Source of the DNA: an uncultured Candidatus Saccharibacteria bacterium
GTDB lineage: Bacteria; Patescibacteriota; Minisyncoccia; Phycocordibacterales; UBA2100
Assembly: GCA_964512835.1 (NCBI GenBank)
Contig: CAZELA010000001.1
Location: 425,372 to 489,371, forward strand
Direction of reading: 5' to 3'
Length of the DNA stretch: 64,000 nt
Below, in pieces: positions 1-8,534 of this stretch; within the stretch, counting starts at the first letter, position 1, and each line of letters starts with the position of its first letter. The translations under genes were made by a program, and so were the position numbers. The notes beneath the pieces are model-generated. The model had not been told where the DNA came from. It worked only from the letters and a program-made list of their open reading frames with translations, and did no database searches.

Positions 1-648
1 CACTGGCCGGAGCGCGAAACGAACTTTTTTGGAATACGCGGCTTTGAAAAGATGGGGTCCCTCGGTACTCCGATCGAGGAAACGCTTGAGGCGCTTTCGG
101 AAATCGTTCGGGCGGGGAAGGTTCGATATATCGGTATTTCAAATGAGACACCGTGGGGGCTTACTGAATACCTGCGGCTCGCAAAGGAAAAGAACCTGCC
201 GCGGGTTGTCACTATCCAAAATCAGTACTCGCTGCTGAATCGGACATTTGAGATCGGTCTGTCGGAGATATGTATGCGTGAAGGGGTCGGCCTGCTTCCG
301 TATTCGCCCCTATCAAAGGGGGTACTTTCCGGAAAGTATCTCGGCGGCGTGATACCTGAAAATTCGCGGTTTGCATATTCGTTGCGCGACATCAATCGCT
401 ACAATCCACCCCAAGCACAGGAGCCTATCCGTAAATACGCGGAACTTGCCCGTTCTATCGGTATAAGTACGGCTGAACTTGCGCTCGCATGGGTCAATTC
501 GCGCCCGTTTGTCACATCCAACATTATCGGGACGCGTTCAATGGAGCAAATGATAACCGATGTCGGTTCTGCGGATATTGAGCTCTCGGCAGATGTGCTC
601 GCTGAGATACAAAAAATCCATCTAGAGCTTCCTGATCCGCATCACTAG
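1..648 (+). CDS. aldo/keto reductase, C-terminal part (5' end lies outside window)
   Basis: Translation holds AKR motifs (RYIGISNETPWGL ... LLPYSPLSKGVLSGKY); the frame is open from position 1 and stops TAG at 646-648. Confidence 0.7.
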   Translation, partial: HWPERETNFFGIRGFEKMGSLGTPIEETLEALSEIVRAGKVRYIGISNETPWGLTEYLRLAKEKNLPRVVTIQNQYSLLNRTFEIGLSEICMREGVGLLPYSPLSKGVLSGKYLGGVIPENSRFAYSLRDINRYNPPQAQEPIRKYAELARSIGISTAELALAWVNSRPFVTSNIIGTRSMEQMITDVGSADIELSADVLAEIQKIHLELPDPHH

Positions 649-709
649 GTCCGCGACGAAGCAGGGCTCTCCTCATAGTCGAATGGGGTGATTATGGTAC
701 AGTACCGCG

Positions 710-2740
710 ATGCAAAAGCCGCCCCAGCCGCCAAAAGCGCCAAAAAAGCCAGTAAATACGCCATTTCATGGCGATTCTCGGGTTGATGAATATAGCTGGC
801 TGCGGAACGCGGAAAGTGCCTCGGTCAAGAACTACATTAAGGCAGAGAACGACTACGCGGACGCCGTAATGGCACCGACACGGAAGCTTCAGAAGGAGCT
901 CTACACAGAGATTCGTGCACGCATGAAGGAGAACGATATGTCGGTTCCCGTCAAAGAGGGTCCGTACGAATATTACTCTCGCTCAAAGAAGGGAAAGCAG
1001 TACATGATTCACTGCCGAAAACGTATCACCGGCGGCAAGGAACAGGTCGTGCTCGACGAGAACAAGTTGGCTGCGGGCGAAAAATACTTCAGTCTCGGTT
1101 TGTTTGAAACATCACCGGACCATCGTCTTCTTGCGTACGCTACGAACACCTCCGGCGATGAAAAGTACACGCTCCGCATCAAAGATCTGCGAACAGGTAA
1201 GCTGCTCGCCGAAAAAATCGAGTCGATCGCCGATTTCGAGTGGGCTGAAAACGGGGAGCATTTTTTCTACACCGTGGAGGAGCATCCACATCCGCCGCGC
1301 AAGATCTACCTGCACCGACTTGGCGAGGACACCAAAGAGGATGTTCTTGTATACGAGGAAAAAGATCCGCAGTGGTACGTCGGTCTGGACAAAAGCCGCT
1401 CCCGCAAATACATCTTTTTCATTGCCGCGAATTTTGATTCGACGGAGGTCCGCGTTATGCCGGCACATCATCCCTTCTCGCCGGTCCACGTGCTTGCTCC
1501 GCGAAAAAAAGACGTTAAGTACTATGTCGATCACCACGACGGCTATTTCTACATCATGACCAACGAGCGGGCGGTCAATTTCAAAATCATGCGGACGAAT
1601 ACTGAAACGCCGACCAAACAGTATTGGCGCGAATGGATGCCGCACGATATTGATCGCCCCATTAGCGGCATGCTCATGTTTGAGAACTTTTTTGCGATAA
1701 CCGTACGCGAAAAAGGGTCCGAGGAAATCTACATTCACGAGCCCGGTAATCCGAAAGGGAAGAAGGTGCAACTCCCCGAGAATGAACATTCCATCGGAAT
1801 AAACGACGACCTCGAGTATTTCTCGAAATTCATCCGCATCTCGTACCAGTCGCTCGTGACTCCGCGAGTAGTTTTTGACTATTTCGTGGAAGAAGATAAG
1901 TTCAAGGTGCGTAAAAAACAAGACGTGCCCGGTTGGAACAAAAAAGGCTACGTATCCGAGCGCGTTTGGGTAAAGTCGGGTGACGTAAAAGTTCCGGTCA
2001 TCCTGGTGCGGTCGAAAAAGGTAAAGCTCAACGGCACGGCGCCCATGCTGCTCGAAGCCTACGGTTCGTACGGCATCTCATCGGACCCGTATTTCTCGAT
2101 ATCGAAGCTTTCTCTTTTGAAACGCGGGTGGATCATCGCGGTTGCACATCCTCGCGGCGGAGGCGAAATGGGGTGGCATTGGCACAAGCAGGCCAAGCTG
2201 CTGACGAAGCACCGAACTTACGAAGATATGATTGCGGTCGCGGAGTATCTTGCCAAAAACAAGTACACAACCGGTAACCGTATCGCACTGATGGGTGGGA
2301 GTGCAGGCGGCATGCTTGTGGGGGCAGTGCTCAACATGCGGCCGGATCTGTTCGGGGCGGGCGTCGCGCTCGTACCTGCTGCTGACATCATTACCTCGAT
2401 GTTCGATGAGTCGCTCGGGGGCACGCGGCTGCACTACGACGAAGTGGGTGATCCGAGGATCAAAAAGTTCTACGAGTATTTCAAAAAATATTCGCCGTAT
2501 GAAGGTGTACGGGCACAGCAGTACCCGGCAATGCTAGTGCGAGTGAATATGAACGATATTCGAACGCCCTATTGGGAAGGGGCCAAATGGGTTGCACGAC
2601 TACGCGCCAAAAAAACAGACTCCAATCAGATATTGCTCAAAACTGAAATGGTTGCAGGACACTTCGGCAAATCGGGACGGTACGAGTGGATCAAGGACCG
2701 CGCATTCGACTTTGCGTTCTTGCTGCAATTGTTCAAATAG
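710..2740 (+). CDS. ptrB: oligopeptidase B / prolyl oligopeptidase family S9A serine peptidase
   Basis: 676 aa with an N-terminal beta-propeller-like region and a C-terminal catalytic domain carrying the GGSAGG nucleophile elbow (MGGSAGGMLVGAV), the S9A family hallmark. Confidence 0.75.
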   Translation: MQKPPQPPKAPKKPVNTPFHGDSRVDEYSWLRNAESASVKNYIKAENDYADAVMAPTRKLQKELYTEIRARMKENDMSVPVKEGPYEYYSRSKKGKQYMIHCRKRITGGKEQVVLDENKLAAGEKYFSLGLFETSPDHRLLAYATNTSGDEKYTLRIKDLRTGKLLAEKIESIADFEWAENGEHFFYTVEEHPHPPRKIYLHRLGEDTKEDVLVYEEKDPQWYVGLDKSRSRKYIFFIAANFDSTEVRVMPAHHPFSPVHVLAPRKKDVKYYVDHHDGYFYIMTNERAVNFKIMRTNTETPTKQYWREWMPHDIDRPISGMLMFENFFAITVREKGSEEIYIHEPGNPKGKKVQLPENEHSIGINDDLEYFSKFIRISYQSLVTPRVVFDYFVEEDKFKVRKKQDVPGWNKKGYVSERVWVKSGDVKVPVILVRSKKVKLNGTAPMLLEAYGSYGISSDPYFSISKLSLLKRGWIIAVAHPRGGGEMGWHWHKQAKLLTKHRTYEDMIAVAEYLAKNKYTTGNRIALMGGSAGGMLVGAVLNMRPDLFGAGVALVPAADIITSMFDESLGGTRLHYDEVGDPRIKKFYEYFKKYSPYEGVRAQQYPAMLVRVNMNDIRTPYWEGAKWVARLRAKKTDSNQILLKTEMVAGHFGKSGRYEWIKDRAFDFAFLLQLFK

Positions 2741-2843
2741 GGCTCAACTCAGCCAATTGACACGACCCTGAAATCGAGGCACAGTAGAGGCCGACTTTTA
2801 TCGTGGTATATCCACACTGACCTTTGACAAGGGAGAGCAATCA

Positions 2844-3620
2844 ATGGCTTTTAGGCCAATACACGGCACATTCGATGAGTGCCTCAGTCACTACAGAAAA
2901 TACGGCGGGGACCACTCGTTTAAGCGGATGCTGGATTTCGGCGTCTCCAAGAACGAGGGCACGTTGCGCCGGTGGTTTGTCGACTCCGCACCGAACGGTG
3001 TGTATCGCATCCGCCTGCAGCAGTATCTTTCCGACGTCGGCTACAAGATCAAGGAGCTGCAAACCGCTGCCGAAGAGATTCGTCTTGCGTGCCAGCTGCT
3101 CTCGTACGACCTCGCTTCTGAAGAGGAGATTGCATCCGGATTCGGTATTCCCGAACATCGGTGGTCACGACTTCCCAATATGTTGGTCCGCGGCACGATG
3201 GCGGACGACCGACTCGCGAAAGGCCGGTTGTACCTCTCGCCGCTCAGGACAATCCTTGCAGAAGTGCATGAGGGGCGCATTCTCGCGCTCAGCAACACCG
3301 TTCCGTCGACCGCTCCGAAACCGGGTTCGGCCAAGGCCGAACCTGCCGCTCTGCCTGTTCCCTCGGTACCGACGTCGTCGGCTCCGCCGGAACACGTGAT
3401 CAAGGATCACGACGCAGTCATTCAGGCGACGGCAGCAATGCTGACGTCGGTGTACCCGCTTCTACAGCTGGTCAATTCAGATCAGTACTCGGCTGAGGAA
3501 CGTGCCGATCTTCGAAAGAAGCTCGGATTCTTCGGGGCGATGCAAATCTCTACGGAACTCAATCGCCTGTGCTCTGAACGCGCACGGGATCAATTCAAAT
3601 CTGAAGGGAACTGCAAATGA
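2844..3620 (+). CDS. hypothetical protein, first gene of candidate island; possible HTH-like segment
   Basis: 258 aa ORF with RBS AAGGGAGA upstream. Its TGA overlaps the ATG of the next gene (ATGA at 3617-3620). No recognisable catalytic motif. The C-terminal half is Pro/Ala/Ser-rich. Confidence 0.5.
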   Translation: MAFRPIHGTFDECLSHYRKYGGDHSFKRMLDFGVSKNEGTLRRWFVDSAPNGVYRIRLQQYLSDVGYKIKELQTAAEEIRLACQLLSYDLASEEEIASGFGIPEHRWSRLPNMLVRGTMADDRLAKGRLYLSPLRTILAEVHEGRILALSNTVPSTAPKPGSAKAEPAALPVPSVPTSSAPPEHVIKDHDAVIQATAAMLTSVYPLLQLVNSDQYSAEERADLRKKLGFFGAMQISTELNRLCSERARDQFKSEGNCK

Positions 3621-5380
3621 ACGCACAGACTCCGCAGGCCGGCGGCTCGGACGAAGCTCGCATTGAATACATGCCGCTCGGCCTTTTCATGGGCTCTGCG
3701 CTATGTGTCGTTGCGGGGCGGTATGAAACGCTGAAGGAAGCAATTCTGGAGGCGGTGCAGAACGCACTCGACAAGAAGGCTCGCAACATCAATATCGCAC
3801 TCAATCACAAAACCAACTATGTCGCGATCCGCGACAACGGCAACGGTGTCGGCCCGGCGGAATTCAAGGAGAAGCTGGCGACCGTGTGTCGCAGTCTCAA
3901 GTTGAACGACAAGGGTAGCCTCGGCCGGTTCGGCATGGGGCTGATTGCGCCGCTCGGCAAGTGTCGCGAGTTTACCTTCACGTCATGCGAGAAGGGGGCC
4001 AGCGAGTATTTGCAGTGGACGTTTAACACCGCTGAGATCGAGAAAAGCCCTGATGAGCCCTCGATTCCGTGCGTTGTGCAGCCGGACCTCGTGTTCAGGC
4101 CGCAGGGCGCCGGCTCGATCAAGGGCAAGGTGAAGAAGGCTACATGGTGGCGAAGCCAGCTTGTGATCCACGATTACAAGAAGGACAAGCTGCTTGCGCG
4201 CATCGACTCCGCGCAATCCTTGGTCGACGAGATCAAGCGACGGTATCGGCTGAAGATGCTGGAGAACGACACTGTTCTCACGGTGAAGTTCACCAACAGC
4301 GACGGCAGTGAAGATCGTGTCGACGATGCGGTTGCTGAACGATACTCCGGTAAGGAGTTGCCTCCGTATGTAGCCCGCTCGCGCGGACTTTCACCAAGTC
4401 GCACGGATTTCGAGCTGTATCTCGCGATCCGTACGAAAGAGGGACAAGGCGGACAGGTTGAAGTCGGTGTGATCGGAGATCCCTTCGCATTCGAATTCGA
4501 AACATTCGTCGATTCGGTTCCCGGTGTGCTGCCAAAGGAGGTCGTCGACGCACTCACGTCGGGGATTTTCGAGGGCGTCATTCGCGGCGACAAGGTCGAA
4601 CTTGAATCGTCACGCAAGAGCTTCAAGCGCAGTGATGCGGTTGAGGAGTTCTGTAAGGCGATCGTTGAATGGTACGAGAAGGTCGGCAAGGCGCATGTGA
4701 CCGAGATCTCAGAAGCTCGGCGCGAGGAGCGATGGCAGAACATCATGCGCAAGGCGCTCGGTAATCTGCAGGAACTCCTCAAGGATGATCCGTCATTCGC
4801 TCATCTTCGCAGCGCATTCGATAATCTCAGTCGCGGTCGCGGCGCGAGGCGATCATCAGGAACCGTTCAAGGCGGTGAAGGTGAGAACGTGCAGGGTGTC
4901 GGCGGGGCGCCGGAATCGGCGACACCGTTTCCGGATATTCCGCCTGGTTCAGGCGGCGGATCGGGAGGCGGTGATTCGGATCGTGATCCGAAAGCCGACG
5001 ACGCATCGTCCATCGGTGCCTCCGGGCCCGACGGTAAACCGAGGCGCGCCGTGAAGCACGGTGCATTCGGCCTGCAGCTCTCTACGACGCCGACCGAGGC
5101 GATGTTGCGTTCGAATGTGCTGTTCATGCTCGATGTTCCGTCGGCAACACTGCACTTCAATACGCGTCATCCGACGTGGGAAGCGTGCGATACGACGCCG
5201 ATGAAACTGCAGCAGATGCAGGAAACGGCGATCATTTTCGCTCTGACTTCCAACGCGATGCCCGAAAGCCAGCAGGCTGCTGCGATGCTCGCGTTTGAGA
5301 CTGCGATCACTCCGCTCGTTGCGGGTGTGTATCACAACTCTGACGCGTTCGTGCTTTCAAAGCGACGCCGCGAAAGCTGA
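3617..5380 (+). CDS. GHKL (Bergerat-fold, HATPase_c_3/MORC-like) ATPase domain protein with Gly-rich low-complexity linker
   Basis: The N-terminus holds the GHKL N-box (EAVQNALDKKA), G1 box (IRDNGNGVG) and G2 box (GRFGMGL). GAAGGGA RBS. It is translationally coupled to the upstream ORF. Confidence 0.6.
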   Translation: MNAQTPQAGGSDEARIEYMPLGLFMGSALCVVAGRYETLKEAILEAVQNALDKKARNINIALNHKTNYVAIRDNGNGVGPAEFKEKLATVCRSLKLNDKGSLGRFGMGLIAPLGKCREFTFTSCEKGASEYLQWTFNTAEIEKSPDEPSIPCVVQPDLVFRPQGAGSIKGKVKKATWWRSQLVIHDYKKDKLLARIDSAQSLVDEIKRRYRLKMLENDTVLTVKFTNSDGSEDRVDDAVAERYSGKELPPYVARSRGLSPSRTDFELYLAIRTKEGQGGQVEVGVIGDPFAFEFETFVDSVPGVLPKEVVDALTSGIFEGVIRGDKVELESSRKSFKRSDAVEEFCKAIVEWYEKVGKAHVTEISEARREERWQNIMRKALGNLQELLKDDPSFAHLRSAFDNLSRGRGARRSSGTVQGGEGENVQGVGGAPESATPFPDIPPGSGGGSGGGDSDRDPKADDASSIGASGPDGKPRRAVKHGAFGLQLSTTPTEAMLRSNVLFMLDVPSATLHFNTRHPTWEACDTTPMKLQQMQETAIIFALTSNAMPESQQAAAMLAFETAITPLVAGVYHNSDAFVLSKRRRES

Positions 5381-5398
5381 TAGTTCTCCCAATTACGA

Positions 5399-5428
5399 GG
5401 GCCCCGGAAGGATTTCCGGGGCCTTTTC
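5399..5428 (+). terminator. rho-independent terminator after GHKL ATPase gene
   Basis: GGCCCCGGAA-GGAT-TTCCGGGGCC hairpin followed by TTTTCT. Confidence 0.7.
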
Positions 5429-5434
5429 TGTATG

Positions 5435-5460
5435 TTGACACAGTCATACATTTGTATAAT
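5435..5460 (+). promoter_or_regulatory. sigma70-like promoter candidate for ParB-like gene
   Basis: TTGACA (5435-5440) and TATAAT (5455-5460), but the spacer is only 14 nt. A TG sits immediately upstream of the -10. Confidence 0.4.
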
Positions 5461-5536
5461 AGTCGGAAATGGAGGCAGTCATTCCGACTGTTCGTTGATT
5501 ACCTTCATACCGAAACGCCAACCAAGGAGAAAAGTA

Positions 5537-6475
5537 ATGGCTGATCAGGCCGAAAAATTCACCATTCGCCTCGGCGACATCGTACGTGGTCCGCGCGTCC
5601 GCACTCAGCTCAGTGAACCTCGCATCGAGATGTTCATGCAGCTTTACGCATCAGGTGCCGACGTCGAGCGGATCGAGCTGTACCGCGGCACCAACGAGTT
5701 GTTCGCCGGCGATCACCGGACGACTGCGATGGAGCGTCTCGGCTGGCACAATCGCCAGATCGAGTACAAGCCCGTCGCAAAGCCGCGTGATCCGATCACG
5801 ATGCTCGTGGACAAGTACGCGGATAACGTCGGCGGCTCGCAGCCCCCGACGTTCGCCGACGCCGTCTTCGTCGCGAAGAAGCTGATGGAGGGCGGTGCGT
5901 CACCGGCCAAGATCTCGCGCGGCTTCACGAAGCGCATGGGCGAAACCTATCCGCCGTCATTCGTTCGCAAGCTCATGTCGCGCGCGCGGACCGAATTCGT
6001 CTCGGAGCAGACGCAGTCCGCACTCGCGGCCATGGCGGCGAAGGGTCTCACGATCGATCAGGCCGAGAAGGAGTTCAAGCTCGAGGCCGGGTCCCTGAAG
6101 AAGGTCATCACGAAGCGTTCCAAGGACAAGCCGGACATTGACGCCGTAAAGGCAGCCATGTCGGGCCGCTCCAAGGGCTTCAGCCGTAAGAACGGCAGCG
6201 CGCTGTCCGACCTGCTTGATCGGTTCGCTGAAAAGGGTGTCTCGGCGAAGGACGTCACCGACGTGTTCAAGCACGTCGAGTATCTTCTGGACCGGCAGTT
6301 GAGCGCCTTGTCAAAGCTGCGCAAGCGTTTTGCGTCGCTCGGCGGCCCCAAGATCGGCAAGTCGAAGAAGCGCCGCAGCGCGAGTGTTCGCACGGCGAAG
6401 CGCGGCAAGAGCTCGCGGCGCGCGAAGTCGCGCAAGCCCAATCTCAACGGATCGGGTGCGCACGCTTCCGCGTGA
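5537..6475 (+). CDS. ParB/sulfiredoxin (ParB N-terminal/DGQHR-like) domain protein with Lys/Arg-rich C-terminal tail
   Basis: RBS AAGGAG 9 nt upstream. The N-terminus matches ParB/Srx fold signatures (IRLGDIVRGPR...; GDHRTTAM, cf. GxxR/DGQHR/GGCHR motif). The C-terminal approx 60 aa is extremely K/R/S-rich (KKRRSASVRTAKRGKSSRRAKSRK). Confidence 0.55.
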   Translation: MADQAEKFTIRLGDIVRGPRVRTQLSEPRIEMFMQLYASGADVERIELYRGTNELFAGDHRTTAMERLGWHNRQIEYKPVAKPRDPITMLVDKYADNVGGSQPPTFADAVFVAKKLMEGGASPAKISRGFTKRMGETYPPSFVRKLMSRARTEFVSEQTQSALAAMAAKGLTIDQAEKEFKLEAGSLKKVITKRSKDKPDIDAVKAAMSGRSKGFSRKNGSALSDLLDRFAEKGVSAKDVTDVFKHVEYLLDRQLSALSKLRKRFASLGGPKIGKSKKRRSASVRTAKRGKSSRRAKSRKPNLNGSGAHASA

Positions 6476-6499
6476 TCGGTAACGGGTAGTGTACTCACG

Positions 6500-6532
6500 A
6501 GGCCGTCGTTCGCGACGGCCTCTTTGCTTTTT
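6500..6532 (+). terminator. rho-independent terminator after ParB-like gene
   Basis: AGGCCGTCG-TTCG-CGACGGCCT hairpin followed by CTTTGCTTTTT. Confidence 0.7.
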
Positions 6533-6564
6533 CACGCTCTCGCGATACGCTCATTTAAATACAT

Positions 6565-8487
6565 ATGAAAGTAAACGACGTACGCACCAAATTTTTCGAA
6601 TTTTATAAAGCCCGCGGCCACGAGATCGTCCCGTCTGCTCCGATTGTTCCTTTGAATGATCCGACGACTCTGTTTACCGGATCCGGTATGCAGCCGATCC
6701 TGCCGTACCTGCTCGGCGAACCGCACCCGAAGGGGAAGCGTATAGCGGATTCACAAAAGAGCTTCCGAGCCGAAGATATTGAAGAGATCGGCGACAATCG
6801 GCACACAACGTTTTTTGAAATGCTCGGCAACTGGTCATTCGGAGACTACTTTAAAGAGGAGCAATTGTCGTGGGTGTTTGAGTTTTTGACCGCAGAAATC
6901 GGGCTTGATCCGCAGCGCATGTATGTAACGGCATTTATCGGTGACGAAAAAAATAATCTGCCGAAAGATAATGAAGCGGCTGCCATATGGACCCGGCTGT
7001 TTGCCGAAAAAGGGATCGATGCATCGGCGGTCGACATCGGTAGTGAAGCGGACGGATACGTGAAAGGTATGCAGGGCGGACGCATCTTTTTCTATGAGGC
7101 TAAGAAGAATTGGTGGTCGCGCGCCGGTGTTCCGGAAAAAATGCCGGCCGGAGAACCCGGAGGACCGGATTCCGAGATATTTTATGACTTCGGGACCATG
7201 CATGACCCGAAATTCGGCGACGAGTGTCATCCGAACTGCGACTGCGGACGATTTGTAGAAATATGCAATTCGGTCTTCATGCAGTACATCAAACAACCTG
7301 ACGGGTCTTTCGAATTGCTGCCCCAACGCAACGTAGACTTCGGCGGAGGGCTGGAGCGCATTGCCGCCGCATCGAATGACAACCCTGACGTGTTCAGTAT
7401 CGATACGCTCGCGGACATCATTACGTTCTTGGAACGGATGTCCGGCAAAACGTACGAGGACGAATCCGCGCGCCGTTCCTTCCGAATCGTGTCCGATCAT
7501 ATGCGGGCCGCCACGTTTATGCTTGCAGACGGCGTGCGACCGGCCAATTCGGACCGGGGATATGTGCTACGACGACTACTCCGACGAGCCTCGCAGCATG
7601 CACAAAAGCTCGGCATTACGTCGGAAAGCCTCGAGGATAGCGCACTCGTGCGCGCCGCGGTCGTAATCATCGAAAAATACAAGGCTGCATATCCGGAGCT
7701 TGCAAGCGATGAGGCCTACCAGATGATCCGAGGAGAGATCTGGAAGGAGGAGCTGCAGTTCGGACACACGCTCGTCCAGGGTCTCAAAGAATTCGAGCGG
7801 ATAGCAACCACTGCTATTTCTGCCGAACAGGCCTACACCCTCTTCACGACCTACGGATTCCCGTTTGAAATGACGCAGGAGCTTGCTGCCGAGAGAAAGC
7901 TGTCGGTCGACGAGACGGGGTATAAGGAGCTCATGGTAAAACACGCTGATCTTTCGCGTGCCGGATCGGAGCAGAAATTCAAGGGAGGTCTTGCCGATGC
8001 GTCGTTGGAAACGACACGCCTGCACACGGCACATCACCTGCTGCTCAAAGCGCTTCAGATCGTGCTCGGTGACCATGTAAAGCAGCGCGGGAGCAACATT
8101 ACCGCCGAACGGCTACGAATCGACTTTTCTCACGGTGAAAAAATGACACCGGAGCAAAAGGCGGAAGTGGAGCGCATCGTAAACGAACAGATAAAAATGC
8201 ATCTCCCGATGGTGCGGTCTACACTCCCGAAGGAAGAAGCCGAACAGCTCGGTGCGGAACATGAGTTCGGTGCAAAGTATCCGGACGTCGTTTCTGTGTA
8301 CTCGCTCGGACCGGTCGGAGCCGATGTCGATAATCCTCAGTTTGATAAAGCATTTTCGATTGAATTCTGCGGCGGTCCGCACGTGTCGAACACGAGCGAG
8401 ATAGAGGAAGGCGGCACATTCAAGATTCAAAAAGAAGAGGCTGTAGCGGCCGGGATTCGAAGAATCAAAGCGGTACTCACAAAATAA
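6565..8487 (+). CDS. alaS: alanine--tRNA ligase, short form (catalytic + tRNA-binding + editing domains, lacking C-Ala)
   Basis: The class II AlaRS N-terminus (FFEFYKARGHEIVPSAPIVP...TLFTGSGMQ) and the editing-domain HxxxH motif (HTAHHLLLKALQ) are present. Only 640 aa. Confidence 0.85.
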   Translation: MKVNDVRTKFFEFYKARGHEIVPSAPIVPLNDPTTLFTGSGMQPILPYLLGEPHPKGKRIADSQKSFRAEDIEEIGDNRHTTFFEMLGNWSFGDYFKEEQLSWVFEFLTAEIGLDPQRMYVTAFIGDEKNNLPKDNEAAAIWTRLFAEKGIDASAVDIGSEADGYVKGMQGGRIFFYEAKKNWWSRAGVPEKMPAGEPGGPDSEIFYDFGTMHDPKFGDECHPNCDCGRFVEICNSVFMQYIKQPDGSFELLPQRNVDFGGGLERIAAASNDNPDVFSIDTLADIITFLERMSGKTYEDESARRSFRIVSDHMRAATFMLADGVRPANSDRGYVLRRLLRRASQHAQKLGITSESLEDSALVRAAVVIIEKYKAAYPELASDEAYQMIRGEIWKEELQFGHTLVQGLKEFERIATTAISAEQAYTLFTTYGFPFEMTQELAAERKLSVDETGYKELMVKHADLSRAGSEQKFKGGLADASLETTRLHTAHHLLLKALQIVLGDHVKQRGSNITAERLRIDFSHGEKMTPEQKAEVERIVNEQIKMHLPMVRSTLPKEEAEQLGAEHEFGAKYPDVVSVYSLGPVGADVDNPQFDKAFSIEFCGGPHVSNTSEIEEGGTFKIQKEEAVAAGIRRIKAVLTK

Positions 8488-8534
8488 CGTGAATACCCCG
8501 CAATGAGGTGTTCGTGCGCGTTATACTTGGTTGA

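Noticed and set aside
4860-5040. Gly/Ser-rich segment of the GHKL protein as a possible separate ORF or frameshift site
   Set aside because: The frame is continuous with no stop. Low-complexity Gly linkers are common between GHKL ATPase and C-terminal domains.
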